A DNA stretch of 64,000 nt from Alphaproteobacteria bacterium (GCA_963555825.3 CAUVXB020000002.1:96001-160000), one strand, 5' to 3'; positions 9,773 through 20,429 are shown, counted from the stretch's first letter. Numbers and translations: made by a program. Notes: generated by a model from the letters alone, not told the origin.

Positions 9773-11445
9773 CGGACCGCCTCCGCGACCACGGTGAGGC
9801 TCGCCGCCGCCTCGTGCTCGGTGCCGGCACCCTTGAGCAGGGCGTCGAACGGATCGACCGCGCCCTCGGCCACCAGCTTCCAGATCTTGCCGCCGATCGG
9901 CGCGCCGTCCATCTCCTGGCGCCAGTAGGCCCAGGCGCCCAAGGGATCGCAGTCGCGCACGAAGGCGAGATAACCAGCATCGGGCCGGATGGTCTCGGCG
10001 ATCGCCGTTTGCTCGATATAGCCGTTCCAGGCCCGCGCCGCGACGGCGCCGCCGTCCTCGCGCCGGCACCGGGGACAGCCCTTCGGGTTGCGGTAGCGCA
10101 CCGCACCGTTGCCGCGCAGGCGAGCGGCCAGATTTTCCGGGGCAACGCGTCCCTCGGCGTGCCGCTCGAGGGCGCAATCCGGACACAGGAGCGGCAACAG
10201 GGTCTGCTTCATCAGCAGCGCGACATTGCCGGGCTTGGTCACCTCGGCCACGCCGACGCCCATGTCGATCAGCCGGAACAGGATGGCGTTGGCCGAATGG
10301 ACGTGGATCGTGGTCCATACCTGATGGCCGGTATCGATGAACTGCATCACCTGGCGGGCCGCATCGGCGTCGCGGATCTCGGAAACCATGCCGCTGGCCG
10401 GGTGGATCCGGCAGAAATGCATCAGCGCTTCCTTGAAATGCCCGGCCCGCTCATCGCCCAGGCCCGAGGTCGGCACCGCGATCTGGACGGCGCCCGGAAT
10501 GCGGTATTCGACCGGGTCCTCGATGGTCACCAGATTGAGCTGGCCGTCGAACTCGGCCATCTGCAGGGCGAGATTGACGGCCAGTGTGGTCGACTTGCCG
10601 TCGCCCGCGGTGCCGCCGATGAAGACGCCGCCATGGGGCGCCATGCGGATCCCGGCAAACAGGGCTGCTTCGGTTGCCGAGAAACCGAGCCGCTCCAGGG
10701 TCATGCCGGCATCGAGCCGGTCGGCATAGAACATGCGCGCGAACAGGTGATCGCCGTCGGGCTCGTGCGGGCCGCGCTGGCAGCGCAGCGCCGAGATGCC
10801 CGCCGGCAGCGGCACCTGGCCGCCGGCGCGGATCGAGAAGCCCTGGAAGGAGCCCCGCCGGTAGCTCGTCTGGGACGAGCCCTCGTCCTTGCAATGGAAC
10901 AGGAAACCGGCGGCCTCGCGGCCCTCCTCGGCCGTCATCGGCTCGGCCAGCTGCAGCTTGCGGTCGTTGACGATGGCGAAGACATGACAGGCGCCGCCGC
11001 CGGTCTGGAACACCACATCGCTCGCCCGCGCCGCCGCCGCATCCTCGAACAGGCGTTTGATCCGGCGAGCCGCCGCTTCGCCCGCCGCCGGTGAGGACGC
11101 GGCGCCCGCTGCCCGCCAGCATTCGGCGATCTCTTCGAGGGTTGCGGGTTCTTCGGCAACCGCGCTCGGGATGGCGCCGCTCTGGCGCAGCGCCAGTAGC
11201 GCGGAGCGCAACCGGGCGTCAGCCTCATAGCCACGCGCGATCAGGCAACGCCCGCCGGCGAACACCGCGCAGATGCGCCGGAACCGGACGTCCATCGCGG
11301 GGACGCGGAGCAATCGGTTGGCGTCCGGGATATCCGTCGGGGGGACGCCGTTGCGCCTGCCGGGCCGGGCAAAAAAGCGCGCGAAGGCCTTGGCCATGGT
11401 CTTGGCGGTGGTGTCGGGACGGGTGCTTGCCGGTTGCCGGGTCAT
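9769..11445 (-). CDS. pilQ: PilQ/BfpD assembly ATPase (GspE family)
   Basis: GTAGDGKSTTL Walker A, TIEDPVEY, SEIRD, TGHQVWTTIH, CPDC..CPRC zinc motif. Confidence 0.85.
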   Translation of the reverse strand: MTRQPASTRPDTTAKTMAKAFARFFARPGRRNGVPPTDIPDANRLLRVPAMDVRFRRICAVFAGGRCLIARGYEADARLRSALLALRQSGAIPSAVAEEPATLEEIAECWRAAGAASSPAAGEAAARRIKRLFEDAAAARASDVVFQTGGGACHVFAIVNDRKLQLAEPMTAEEGREAAGFLFHCKDEGSSQTSYRRGSFQGFSIRAGGQVPLPAGISALRCQRGPHEPDGDHLFARMFYADRLDAGMTLERLGFSATEAALFAGIRMAPHGGVFIGGTAGDGKSTTLAVNLALQMAEFDGQLNLVTIEDPVEYRIPGAVQIAVPTSGLGDERAGHFKEALMHFCRIHPASGMVSEIRDADAARQVMQFIDTGHQVWTTIHVHSANAILFRLIDMGVGVAEVTKPGNVALLMKQTLLPLLCPDCALERHAEGRVAPENLAARLRGNGAVRYRNPKGCPRCRREDGGAVAARAWNGYIEQTAIAETIRPDAGYLAFVRDCDPLGAWAYWRQEMDGAPIGGKIWKLVAEGAVDPFDALLKGAGTEHEAAASLTVVAEAVR

Positions 11446-12320
11446 GAGCCGTCTCCGGGCCGCGCTTGGTAGGGCAACGCGCGATCGTCGGAACCCTCGA
11501 TTTGCACGCCGGGCGGGCGCGCGGCGATCCGGCCGATCCGGACATCGCCGGGGAGCGGATCGCCCTCGCGCACGAACCAGACCCGCCGCCCATCGGTGAC
11601 GCCGGCGCGCAGATCGCCCGCCATCCCGAGAATTGAGAACCAGCCATAGCGCGGCGCTGCCGGCGCGGCTTTCGCCGGCTTTTGCGCAGTCGTGGAGGGC
11701 GGCAGCTTTGCGGGGACCGTGTTCAATTGCGGCATGACCGAAGGAACGGTGGCGGCCACCGCCGGGGATCGATTTGCGGCGGCCGGTTCCGCCGGCGCGC
11801 GGAGCGCCCGCAACTGGGCCTCGGTCTCGAATATCCCGGTCACGATCAGCTGGCGCTCATGGCATAGCTTCAGGGTCTCGTGCTCGATCGCCAGGGCGGA
11901 CAGCGCGTCTTGCCTTTCCGCCACACCCGCGAGCAGCCGGGTCAGCAGATCGCGCGGACAGCCCGCGATGACGGATGCAGCCATCGGCGGTATCGGGATG
12001 GCGAAATTCGGGGCGGGTGCGGCTGGAGTCCCGGCTTCTTTGTCCGGGCCTGCCGGTTGCGGTTGCCCGGCCGCCCTGCGGTCCAGCACGCGAAGCAGAC
12101 GGCTGCGGCCCGCGGCATTCGCAGCGCCCGTGGATGGCGCCATTGGCGGGACGGAAAGCCCCGGCTTTGAATTCATCGCGGCGGAACCGGCCGCCGCCGG
12201 CTCGGGTGATTGCGATCCCGGCGCGGGCGGTGAAACCGCGTCCAGCGCGGAGGCACCCGGTGCCGCCACCATCGCCACGAGGCAGGCGCCAAGAGTGCGA
12301 AGATGTGCCGCGGCGGTCAT
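11442..12320 (-). CDS. PilP-like accessory protein
   Basis: Signal peptide, Pro/Ala linker, coiled coil, C-terminal VREGDPLPGDVRIGRI domain typical of PilP; lies upstream of pilQ. Confidence 0.55.
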   Translation of the reverse strand: MTAAAHLRTLGACLVAMVAAPGASALDAVSPPAPGSQSPEPAAAGSAAMNSKPGLSVPPMAPSTGAANAAGRSRLLRVLDRRAAGQPQPAGPDKEAGTPAAPAPNFAIPIPPMAASVIAGCPRDLLTRLLAGVAERQDALSALAIEHETLKLCHERQLIVTGIFETEAQLRALRAPAEPAAANRSPAVAATVPSVMPQLNTVPAKLPPSTTAQKPAKAAPAAPRYGWFSILGMAGDLRAGVTDGRRVWFVREGDPLPGDVRIGRIAARPPGVQIEGSDDRALPYQARPGDGS

Positions 12321-13539
12321 TCGGGCGTCCACCCGAGATGGGCGGCGAGCGCGCGCCAGGGATAGCTGTTGGCCGCCGCCGCGCCATCGAGGGTCACGAT
12401 CAGTTCGCCGCGCGACCAGCGCCACGCACCGGGCGTCCCGCGACTGCCGTTGCCGTCTCCCAATACCGCGGTAAGAGTTCCGTCCGCCCGGAAGCGGAAG
12501 GCGGAATCCTTGGCCTCCATGAAGGGCAGCGTGACCGGGCCGCTCTGCGCCGCCAGCCAATCGGTCAGCCGCATCGCGGCGTAGCGTTCTCCGGTGGGCA
12601 GCAGCGGCAGCGCGTCGCCGACCCGGAAACGCGGACGCAACGGAAGGCGTTCATAGTGCAGCGCGATCTCCGCGCCGCCCGCCGCCGGCACGAGATGGCC
12701 GGTATCGGCGATGCCGCCGGTACCGCCGCTGCCGTCGAGCAGCCACAACTCGTCGCGGTCCCGGCCGAGCACCAGAACGTGGCGCGCACCGGCATTGTCG
12801 ACCAGCACCCGGCCGTCGTTATCTTCGAGGAAGCGCTTGAGCGCCGCCGCCGGCAGGGTTGCATGGCCCCCCGACGCCGCGATGCCGGTGGCTCCCGGTC
12901 CGCGCAGTTCGGAGCCCGGAAAGCCGCGCAGCGGCGCGTCCGTATCCTGCGCCATCATCTTGTCGAACGCGGTCGAGGTCTGCTTCTCGTTGACCGGCAG
13001 GTCCGCCGGCAACGCCACGTCCGGGCAGGCGTCCTTCATCGCCCGCGGCCAGCTTTCCTGAACCCAGCCGCGCGAAGCCACCGCCCAGACACCGGACGCG
13101 GCTCCCAACGCCTCGTTGTGCAGCACGCCCGTGGCGGGATCGTAAAAGACCGGGGTGTGGCCGCGCCGCTGCCCGGGATCCGGCGCCACGCCCGGCTCGG
13201 TGAAATTGTAGAGCGCGCGGAACTCGCGGGACGGCACCACCCGCCAGCGCGCGGTTCCGGGCGCATAGGCGCCGCCGAGATGGGCGCAGGCGCGAAGCGT
13301 GCCGTCCGGGCCGTGATAATGCGCCCAGACGGTATTGCGGTCTCCAGCGCGCCGCGAGTTCGGCCGCTCCAGGATCCAGACGCGGCCTTCGAGCAGGCCG
13401 GTGAAGAAGCCGGCGGCGTGGGAGCTGTAGTTCGGTGAGGCGGGCGCGGCTTGCGCTGCCGCGTTATCCGCCATGAGAGCGGTCGCCATCATTGCGGCTA
13501 GCGGCCAGCGACAGGGGTTGAATTCCGTGTCATCGTCAT
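12317..13539 (-). CDS. Secreted hypothetical protein (5' end probably frameshifted)
   Basis: RBS AAGGAG with ATG at 13539; the body frame starts a few codons later with a signal-like LAAMMATALMADNAAAQ and is Trp-rich. Confidence 0.5.
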
Positions 13540-15155
13540 GCTCCTTTGGTGGTGTTTGCGCCGGCGGCCATGCGGCCTGGCCGGTTCCGCCCAGCGCGCG
13601 GCGAGACGGCGCACCATGGCGGCATAGATCCCGAACGCGCCGTCCTCGTCGCCCGCGGCGATAGCCGCGATGGCCGCGTCGATGCGGCCGCCGATCCAGT
13701 CCCAGTCCGAATGCCCTTGGGGAATCGCGGCGGCGATGCGGGGCGCGATTCGTAATATTCGGCAACCAGCGCCCGGCGTTTGGGCGTTTTCATCATGTAG
13801 CCGTCGCGGAAACGCCGCAGCGCGGTCAGGGTCGGCCCGCCGTCCGCTTCGATGCCGCGCCGCTCGACAATCGCCGTGGTCAGGAAGCAGTCGCCACCAT
13901 CTCCACCTCCGTCGCCACCACAAGAGTCCTCGTCGGCGCCCAAATCTCCGTCCAGGTCGCAGGAATCGCCGCCCACGCCGCCCGCCCCGCCATCGCCTTC
14001 GCCGCCGCCGCCATCGCCGCCCCAGTCCGGCGGGATCACGGCCCGGCAGCTGTCCGTCTCCAGAATCCAGGGGCCATGGGAGATCCGTACGACGGGCTCC
14101 GCGTCCCACGGGAACTGGGTCGCCCGCCGGGTCGCGGTGCGCCGGTAGTCCTGACTTCCCGTGTAGCCGGACGGGCAGCCATCGGTCATGGCTTCGGTTT
14201 GCGCGGTCTCCGTCACCACCGCCTTCGGCGGCACGGGAACCTTGCCGGTCCAGCAGCTCGTCGAGACGAACTCGGGCGGACCCAGCGTCTCGCCCTCCGC
14301 CGTCACGCTCTTCAGCCGGCGCCAGATCTCGCGGCCTTCCATGCGCCGGTTGTGCGGCGGCCCGGCGTCCCAGTGGCAGACCAGCGTGTAGTTCTCCCAG
14401 GCCGTGTAATCGGCCCGGCATTCGTCGATCAGAAGCTGCCAGGGGCCATGGACCGGATCGCCCACCGGGTTGCCGCGTTCGTCATGGGTTTGGGCGGCCT
14501 CGCGCACACTTGTGCGGCCCTGGCCGTGCTCACCGGCGGCACAATCCTCGACCCGGCGTTCGCGGCTCACGCGCTCGTTGGTGTGGGCGTAGGGATCGCG
14601 CACCGTGCCGGCGAGCGCGGCGCGGCCCGAGGGCAGCGGCCCGCCGAAAGCGGTATCGGACAGGCAGGCGGGGAGCGTCACCGAAGGGCGGCCCGCCGCG
14701 CCCGTGGCCCGGCCTGCCTCCAGCCAGTGCAGCACCGGCGCCTGGCCATTCGCTCCGCCGCCGGCGTAGGCATGGGGCGCTGCCTGGACCGCGCGGTGAT
14801 CGCGGCCGACGCCCTTGAGGCGCTCCGGGCGCGAGATAGACCAGCAGCGTGTCTTCGCAATAACGCGCCCGCACGCCACGCAGCGTCCAATCGGCAAGCC
14901 AGCCGCTGCCGGCCGGCGGGACCGCGCCGCTCCAGCCCGAGACGCTTGCGCCATCCGGATCGGGTGAGCCGGCGGAGCCCTCGAGAATATAGCTCTCCAG
15001 GCGGCGCCAGGCCGTGGTCACCGCGCGGGCGTGGGCCAGCGCTTCCTGACGGTAGACACGTTCGTTCGCGGATTGCTGCGCACCGCCGGGGCGGCACTGA
15101 GAAGCGCGCACAGGCTGACCCCGGCCAGCATGGTGGCGCGGAATGTTCTACTCAT
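13536..15155 (-). CDS. Cys-repeat surface protein with Gly/Asp linker and CFI-box-CTERM-like tail (about 3 frameshifts)
   Basis: Pieces in ORFs 15018-15227, 14530-15111, 13536-14954 and 13498-14421 join into signal peptide, CxxGxxG..GPW..C repeats, GGDGGG linker, CFLTTA..LRRFRD..YYE-IAP. Confidence 0.6.
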
Positions 15156-16468
15156 GGGTTGCCTCCTCGTTTGGAAACTGTTCGGAATTGCTTGCCGGGG
15201 CGCGGGCCGGCTCACGGAATCCCGCACGCGTCATCGCCTCCGGCGCCACGGGGCGGCCATGCAGGCGCCATCCCCCGTCAGCACCGAGATCCAGCGCGGT
15301 GATCTCGAGACCAGCGAGGCCGCCGGAAACGCGGAATTGATCGGCAAGGCGCGGCAACGGGCCGGGATGGCCGATCCGGACGGTCCAGCCGCCTTGTGGG
15401 CCGCGTGCGTAGTCGATCCGCGCCCCACGAAGGCCAAGTTCACGGTCGACAGCACGGCGAAACGCCAGGAATAGGGGCGGCGCGGTCTCGACGATGCGCA
15501 GCACGGGGGCCAGCGGGAGGACCGCCCAGGCGCTCGCATCGACCACGGACGCGGCGTACCAGCGCGACAGGTGTTGCTCGGCGAGTTGCCGGTGCAGGGG
15601 CTCGGCGTGGCCGGGCGCCAGCCGCCAGCGCGCCAGCATGACCGCGCGGCCCGCCAGTTCGGGGCGGAGCGCGGCAAGTTCGGGATCGGAAAAGCGGGCG
15701 GCGCAGGTAAGGCTCTCGATCCGCCAGGCCGGCAGCCAGGGCGGATAATCGATCAATGCCCGCCGGCAGGCTTCTATCAGGGCGGCGCTATCGACCGCGA
15801 CCGCGAGATCCGGCTCGGCCGGCGGCGCGATGGCAGTCACGGGTTCCGGCCCGCCGCCGATCCAATCCAGGAGCGCATCGCGCTGCAGCCAGGCGGCCGA
15901 CCCGCCGGCAAAAATAGCGGGACAACAGCAGGGCCAGCGCCAGGTGGGCGCGCCCAAGTCTCGTAAACGGCGCGCGGCGGAGCACATTCTCCGGCGCGGC
16001 GGCGAGACTCGAAACATCGAGTTCAGTGACTTCGCGGTCCGCGCCGCCGGCGAGCAGGCCGGGCGTCGCGTAAAGGTCCCAGCCCAGCGTCCGCGCGCGG
16101 GTGAAAGCTTCGACGGCGGCATCCCGGTTGCTGAATACTTCGTCGCCATCGGCAAGCACGGCGCCGTCGCGAACTTTTGTCAGCGCGAAACGCCCGCTGC
16201 CGCCGCTATCGCCCGGAGCCGCATCGCCCGCGACCAGAGCCATCCAGAACTCGCTCTCGATCGAATCGACCAACGCCAACGCCAGCGCCGGAAGCCCCTC
16301 CGTTGCATCGTCTTCGGTGCCGCCGGCATAGCCGGTCTGACCCGCCCGGTGGACGCACCAGGGCCGCGCGAAGCGGCGCGCGGCGCGTGCCGTGGCGGCC
16401 GGACCGGACCGCTCGAGCCAGTAGAGCCCGGCCGCGAAGGGACGTCCGTTAATGAGAATGGTGCTCAA
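15148..16468 (-). CDS. PilO-like pilin accessory protein, frameshift near 15915
   Basis: TTG start overlapping pilN stop; INGRPFAAGLYW, LPALALAL, VRDGAVLADGDEVF, single TM, then PPWLPAWRIESLTC. Confidence 0.65.
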
Positions 16469-18150
16469 AACGCCATCCCCCGGACTTCCGCGATGCCCAG
16501 CGGCTCGCCGATGTCCGCGGTTATCAGAAGCACCTGTTCGATACGCGCCGTGGACGCCTTGCGCCCGCCGTCGGGCAGCGGCAGATCGGCGTCGAAGGTG
16601 CCGGAACGCTGGGCGCTTGCGCTGCGGTCGGAAAATCCGGTCACCATCAGCGTCTCGCCACGGCCGATCTTCTGCGTCACCTGAATGGCGCGGCTGGCAT
16701 AGGCCGGGAGCTGGATCGTCTGATTGTTCGAAGTGAACGCAGTGAAAGACGGGCGGTCGCGCAGGCTCGCGAACAGCCGCACCAGCACCTCGCCGGGACC
16801 GGTGATGCGGGGCAGGTAGCTCACCGCGAAGCCTGACGAGACCGTGCCCGGCACGAGTTCGGTCTGGGCGATGCCATCGCCCGCCGTGGTGCGCAGTTCG
16901 CGCAGATAGGCTTCCTGGAAGAGCTCGAAGAACTGCGCCGGCTTGCCGTTCAGCGACGGAATATCGGCCGACAGCACCCGCGAGACCGCGCCCGCGCTGT
17001 TCAATGCCCGCACCGTCGCCGACAGCGTATCGCCGCTCTCGCCGCCGGGAGAGGGCTTGATCAGCGCCACCGCGTTGGACCCCACGCTGACGCGCAGCGC
17101 CTCGCCGAGCAGCCGGGCGATCGAGAAGCTGAGGCCGAGATCGTAGTCCGCCTCGCGCTCGACCCGCACCGAATAGACGTGCACCGACAGGGTGACGGGC
17201 CGCAGCACCTCGCGGTTGAGATAGCCGAGGTACGCGCGCGCCCGGGCGATATCGCGGGGCGTGCCGCTCACCGTCACCGAGGCGCTCGACGGCGCAACCG
17301 ACAGCCGGGTTCCCGGATCGAGCAGCCCTTTTAACTGGCCTTCGATCTCGGGCCACGGGTCGTAATCCGTCTCGGTCGATATGGTCTGGCTGGTGAGGTT
17401 GCCCCCGCCGCTGCCCTCGCCATCACCGCCCGCGGCGCTGTCCTGGGTCGAGGACGACACGGTGTAGCGCTGTTTGCCGGCCAGCGCGTGAATCTGAAAG
17501 ATCGCGGAACGGCGGCGCACGATCTCGATGGCCTGCCGGTCCGCATCGTAACGCCACTCGTAACCGGAGGGTTCAGTCCACGAATCAAGCAGTGCGTCGA
17601 GCGGGCCGGTCCAGATGCCCCCGTCCGGCGACAGCCCATCACGGACAGCCTCGCCAAATACATTCACGGACGGATCGCCGTCCGTGCCGTTGCCCGTCCG
17701 GCGCGGGGGGCCGGTAAACCGCACGGCAAGGCCGGTTGCCGCCTCGATACGTCCCGCCAGCGTTGCCGGCGCGCCGATACCCGCAAGCGGCAGGGTCACT
17801 GCGTCCGCGCGGCGGTAGCGCGCCGGCAAATCCGCGCGCGGGTCGGGCTCGATGGGTGTCAATCCAACATAGGGACGGCGCTCTATAAGGCGCACCGTGG
17901 ACAGGCGCGGCCCGGCTTGCGGGGCTCCCGGAGCCGAAGCCCCCGATCCCCTGAGGGCCGAGACCTGCCGCGCGACATCTCCGGTTTCCATCCGCGCGCG
18001 CTCGACCTCCGCCAGGCCGCAGCCGGAAAGCGTGGCGAGCATTATTGCGAAACAACCGGATCGGGTTGAATGGGTCCGTAATCCGGGGTTCCGGAGCGCA
18101 CAAAGGCGGTGAACGGCCATTTGCCTTGCTTCCCGTGCAAGGCGCTTCAT
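16465..18150 (-). CDS. pilN: PilN/BfpB lipoprotein secretin of type IVb pili
   Basis: Lipobox LSGC, WTGPLDALLD..YEWRY, N3 domain (PSSASVTVSGTP), secretin core LNGKPAQF, GTVSSGF..LPRI, IQLP, GETLMVTGF, LLIT. Exact start uncertain. Confidence 0.85.
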   Translation of the reverse strand: MKRLAREARQMAVHRLCALRNPGLRTHSTRSGCFAIMLATLSGCGLAEVERARMETGDVARQVSALRGSGASAPGAPQAGPRLSTVRLIERRPYVGLTPIEPDPRADLPARYRRADAVTLPLAGIGAPATLAGRIEAATGLAVRFTGPPRRTGNGTDGDPSVNVFGEAVRDGLSPDGGIWTGPLDALLDSWTEPSGYEWRYDADRQAIEIVRRRSAIFQIHALAGKQRYTVSSSTQDSAAGGDGEGSGGGNLTSQTISTETDYDPWPEIEGQLKGLLDPGTRLSVAPSSASVTVSGTPRDIARARAYLGYLNREVLRPVTLSVHVYSVRVEREADYDLGLSFSIARLLGEALRVSVGSNAVALIKPSPGGESGDTLSATVRALNSAGAVSRVLSADIPSLNGKPAQFFELFQEAYLRELRTTAGDGIAQTELVPGTVSSGFAVSYLPRITGPGEVLVRLFASLRDRPSFTAFTSNNQTIQLPAYASRAIQVTQKIGRGETLMVTGFSDRSASAQRSGTFDADLPLPDGGRKASTARIEQVLLITADIGEPLGIAEVRGMAF

Positions 18151-18227
18151 GATCCCCGCCTTACCCGGCGAACCGGCGGAGATAGCTCCCCGGCTTGTCC
18201 TTGATCCGGCGCACCCCGGGCCGTCCA

Positions 18228-18902
18228 TCACGCCGTCCGCCGGGCCGAACCGCCCACGTCGGAGGTCGAGCTGTAGCGGCGTTCCGCCGCCCACGCCTCG
18301 ACATCGGCGCGGGCGTAGCGCACCCGGTTGCCGAACTTGTGAAACTTGGGACCCCCGCCGCTGACCCGGTAGCGGTCCAGCGTGCGTGGGCTCAGGCCCA
18401 GAAAGGCCGCCAACTCGCGCGTGCCCATGTAAATCGCGTCGTCGTCCATCCCGGCCTCCCATTGCTTGGCGCAGTCGACGGGAACGGCCGGAACGTCGTC
18501 CTCGACCGCCGCGCGTACCGCCAGGCGCTCGGCCTCGCTCGACTGGCTTTCCATCCAGGCGCTCACCCGGTCGCAGGTATCGAGGCGCGGCGAGGCGCCC
18601 TGGCGCAGCCGCCTGACGAAGCACGGATCCCCCACCGCCTCCTGGCCAAGCAGAGAAGCCTTGGTGCGGGTTATGGCGATGAACGCCTCGACCTCGCGCC
18701 GGAAAGCCGGGCCGAACGGTTCCTCGCCCATGTAGGCGAGTATCCGGTCGGCGCTGCCGAGCCTGATCACGCGGCCCGCGGCGATGCGCGCCACCAACGA
18801 GGGGTTGCCGGCGGTTTCCAGGCCGAACCGGCCGCGGCTCATGCCGCGGCGGGCGAGGAAACCATCGATGCTGTTCTTGAGAATTGTGTTCCGGCTTGTC
18901 AT
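18228..18902 (-). CDS. Tandem Cro-like HTH x2 fused to RdfS/AlpA-like excisionase HTH
   Basis: Two repeats (FL.R.GMS..RFG....GNP..V.R...GR..RL..ADR..AYM) plus C-terminal TRELAAFLGLSPRTLDRYRVSGGGPKFHKFGNRVRYARADVEAW..STSD. Confidence 0.75.
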   Translation of the reverse strand: MTSRNTILKNSIDGFLARRGMSRGRFGLETAGNPSLVARIAAGRVIRLGSADRILAYMGEEPFGPAFRREVEAFIAITRTKASLLGQEAVGDPCFVRRLRQGASPRLDTCDRVSAWMESQSSEAERLAVRAAVEDDVPAVPVDCAKQWEAGMDDDAIYMGTRELAAFLGLSPRTLDRYRVSGGGPKFHKFGNRVRYARADVEAWAAERRYSSTSDVGGSARRTA

Positions 18903-18968
18903 GAACCAGAACCTAAGAGGAACATTTATCGTTGACAATAGGTTTCAATAGGATATAAGCTACAAAAC
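18903..18968. promoter_or_regulatory. Overlapping divergent sigma70 promoters with candidate operator repeats
   Basis: Plus: TTGACA(18932-37)-18 bp-TAAGCT(18956-61)-7 nt-ATG. Minus: TTGTCA(18938-33)-17 bp-TAGGTT(18915-10)-7 nt-ATG. CAATAGG direct repeats at 18936 and 18946. Confidence 0.65.
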
Positions 18969-19685
18969 ATGACAGACATGCGCGGAGCTACGATGGAACG
19001 CGACCCGGTACGGCAAAAACTCAAAGATTTGTTGTGGAAACGCGGCCTCACCATGGCCGCCGCCTCGCTTGCGCTGGGCAGAAACCGGGCCTATCTGCAC
19101 CAGTATCTTGAGCGCGGCCTGCCCAAGGTGCTGAACTACCCCGACAGCGTGACCCTTGGCGTACTGCTCGATTGCGACCCGGCCGAGCTGCGCCACGATA
19201 CGGTGCCGAAACGCAAGCCGGCGAACAGGACGCGGCGCATCCCCCCGGCCGGCATTCCCGGAGCCCCTCTATCCGCGATCTCCGAGATGGAAGTCGAAGC
19301 CGCCGCCGGTCCAGGAGCTTTGAACGAGGAGTTCGCCACCGAGAAGGCGCGCTGGTATCTGCCCGAGGGCATGATCCGCCACGAGGCCGATGCGAACCCC
19401 GAGGGCCTGCGCATCCTGCGCCTACGCGGCAACTCGATGGAGCCCGAGATGAGCGCGGGCGACCGGCTCGTCGTCGACACCGCCCGGCGTATCCCCGCAA
19501 CCGGCGAGATGGCCGTGCTGTGGGACGGTAATGGCCTCGTGGTCAAGCGGATCGAGACGGTGCGTGAGCCCGGGCCGCCCCGATTGCGTCTGATCTCCAC
19601 CAACCCGGACTATGCGCCCTATACCTGCCTTGCCCAGGAGGCGCACATCGTCGGCAGGGTGCTGTGGTCCATCAGGCGGGTGTGA
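18969..19685 (+). CDS. CI/LexA-like repressor with S24 peptidase domain
   Basis: N-terminal HTH (SLALGRNRAYLHQYL..G.P..L), AAAGPG cleavage-site region, GNSMEP catalytic Ser, VVKRI catalytic Lys. Confidence 0.9.
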   Translation: MTDMRGATMERDPVRQKLKDLLWKRGLTMAAASLALGRNRAYLHQYLERGLPKVLNYPDSVTLGVLLDCDPAELRHDTVPKRKPANRTRRIPPAGIPGAPLSAISEMEVEAAAGPGALNEEFATEKARWYLPEGMIRHEADANPEGLRILRLRGNSMEPEMSAGDRLVVDTARRIPATGEMAVLWDGNGLVVKRIETVREPGPPRLRLISTNPDYAPYTCLAQEAHIVGRVLWSIRRV

Positions 19686-20429
19686 ACGGCGGCGGCACCT
19701 GCCGGCAGGAAAGGGTTTCCGGTCCGCATGAGGATGCAGCGAAGGAGATTACCCGCCTACGCCGAGAGCGTGATCTGGCCCGTCAGGAACGTGATCTGCT
19801 AAAAAAAGCGCTGGCCTTCTTCGCCAGGGAAAGTCGATGAGGTTCCGGTTCATCGACGCGGAGAGGGCCGGGTTGGCGATGCCGATATTCCGCCTGTGCA
19901 GACTGCTGCAGGTCAGCGTCTCAGGCTTCTACGCTTGGCGCAATCGCGGCCCAAGCCAGCGACAGCTCGATGACATGGTTCTACTCGCCCATGTCCGGGC
20001 AGCCTTTCGGCGCAGCCGCGAGAGCTACGGTGCAGAGCGGGTCCATCACGAGCTTGCCGGGATGGGATCGAGGTTGGACGCCATAGGGTGGCTCGGCTGA
20101 TGCGGGGAAATGGGTTGTCTCCAAAACGGAAACAGAAGTTCAAAAAGACGACGGACAGCCAGCACAACAAGGCCGTCGCATCGAACCTTCTCGACCAGAA
20201 CTTCTCCGCCGAGGCACCCAACGAGAAATGGGCTGCCGACATCAGCTATATCTGGACGGCACAGGGCTGGCTGTACCTGGCCGTCATGCTCGACCTCTAC
20301 TCCCGGCGCGTCATCGGCTGGGCCGTGGGCGCTCGCATGACCAGCGACCTGCCGCTCAGGGCGCTTAACCGTGCTATCGGGCTGCGCCAACCTGGCGCCG
20401 GTGTGATCCACCATAGCGATAGTGAGTAT

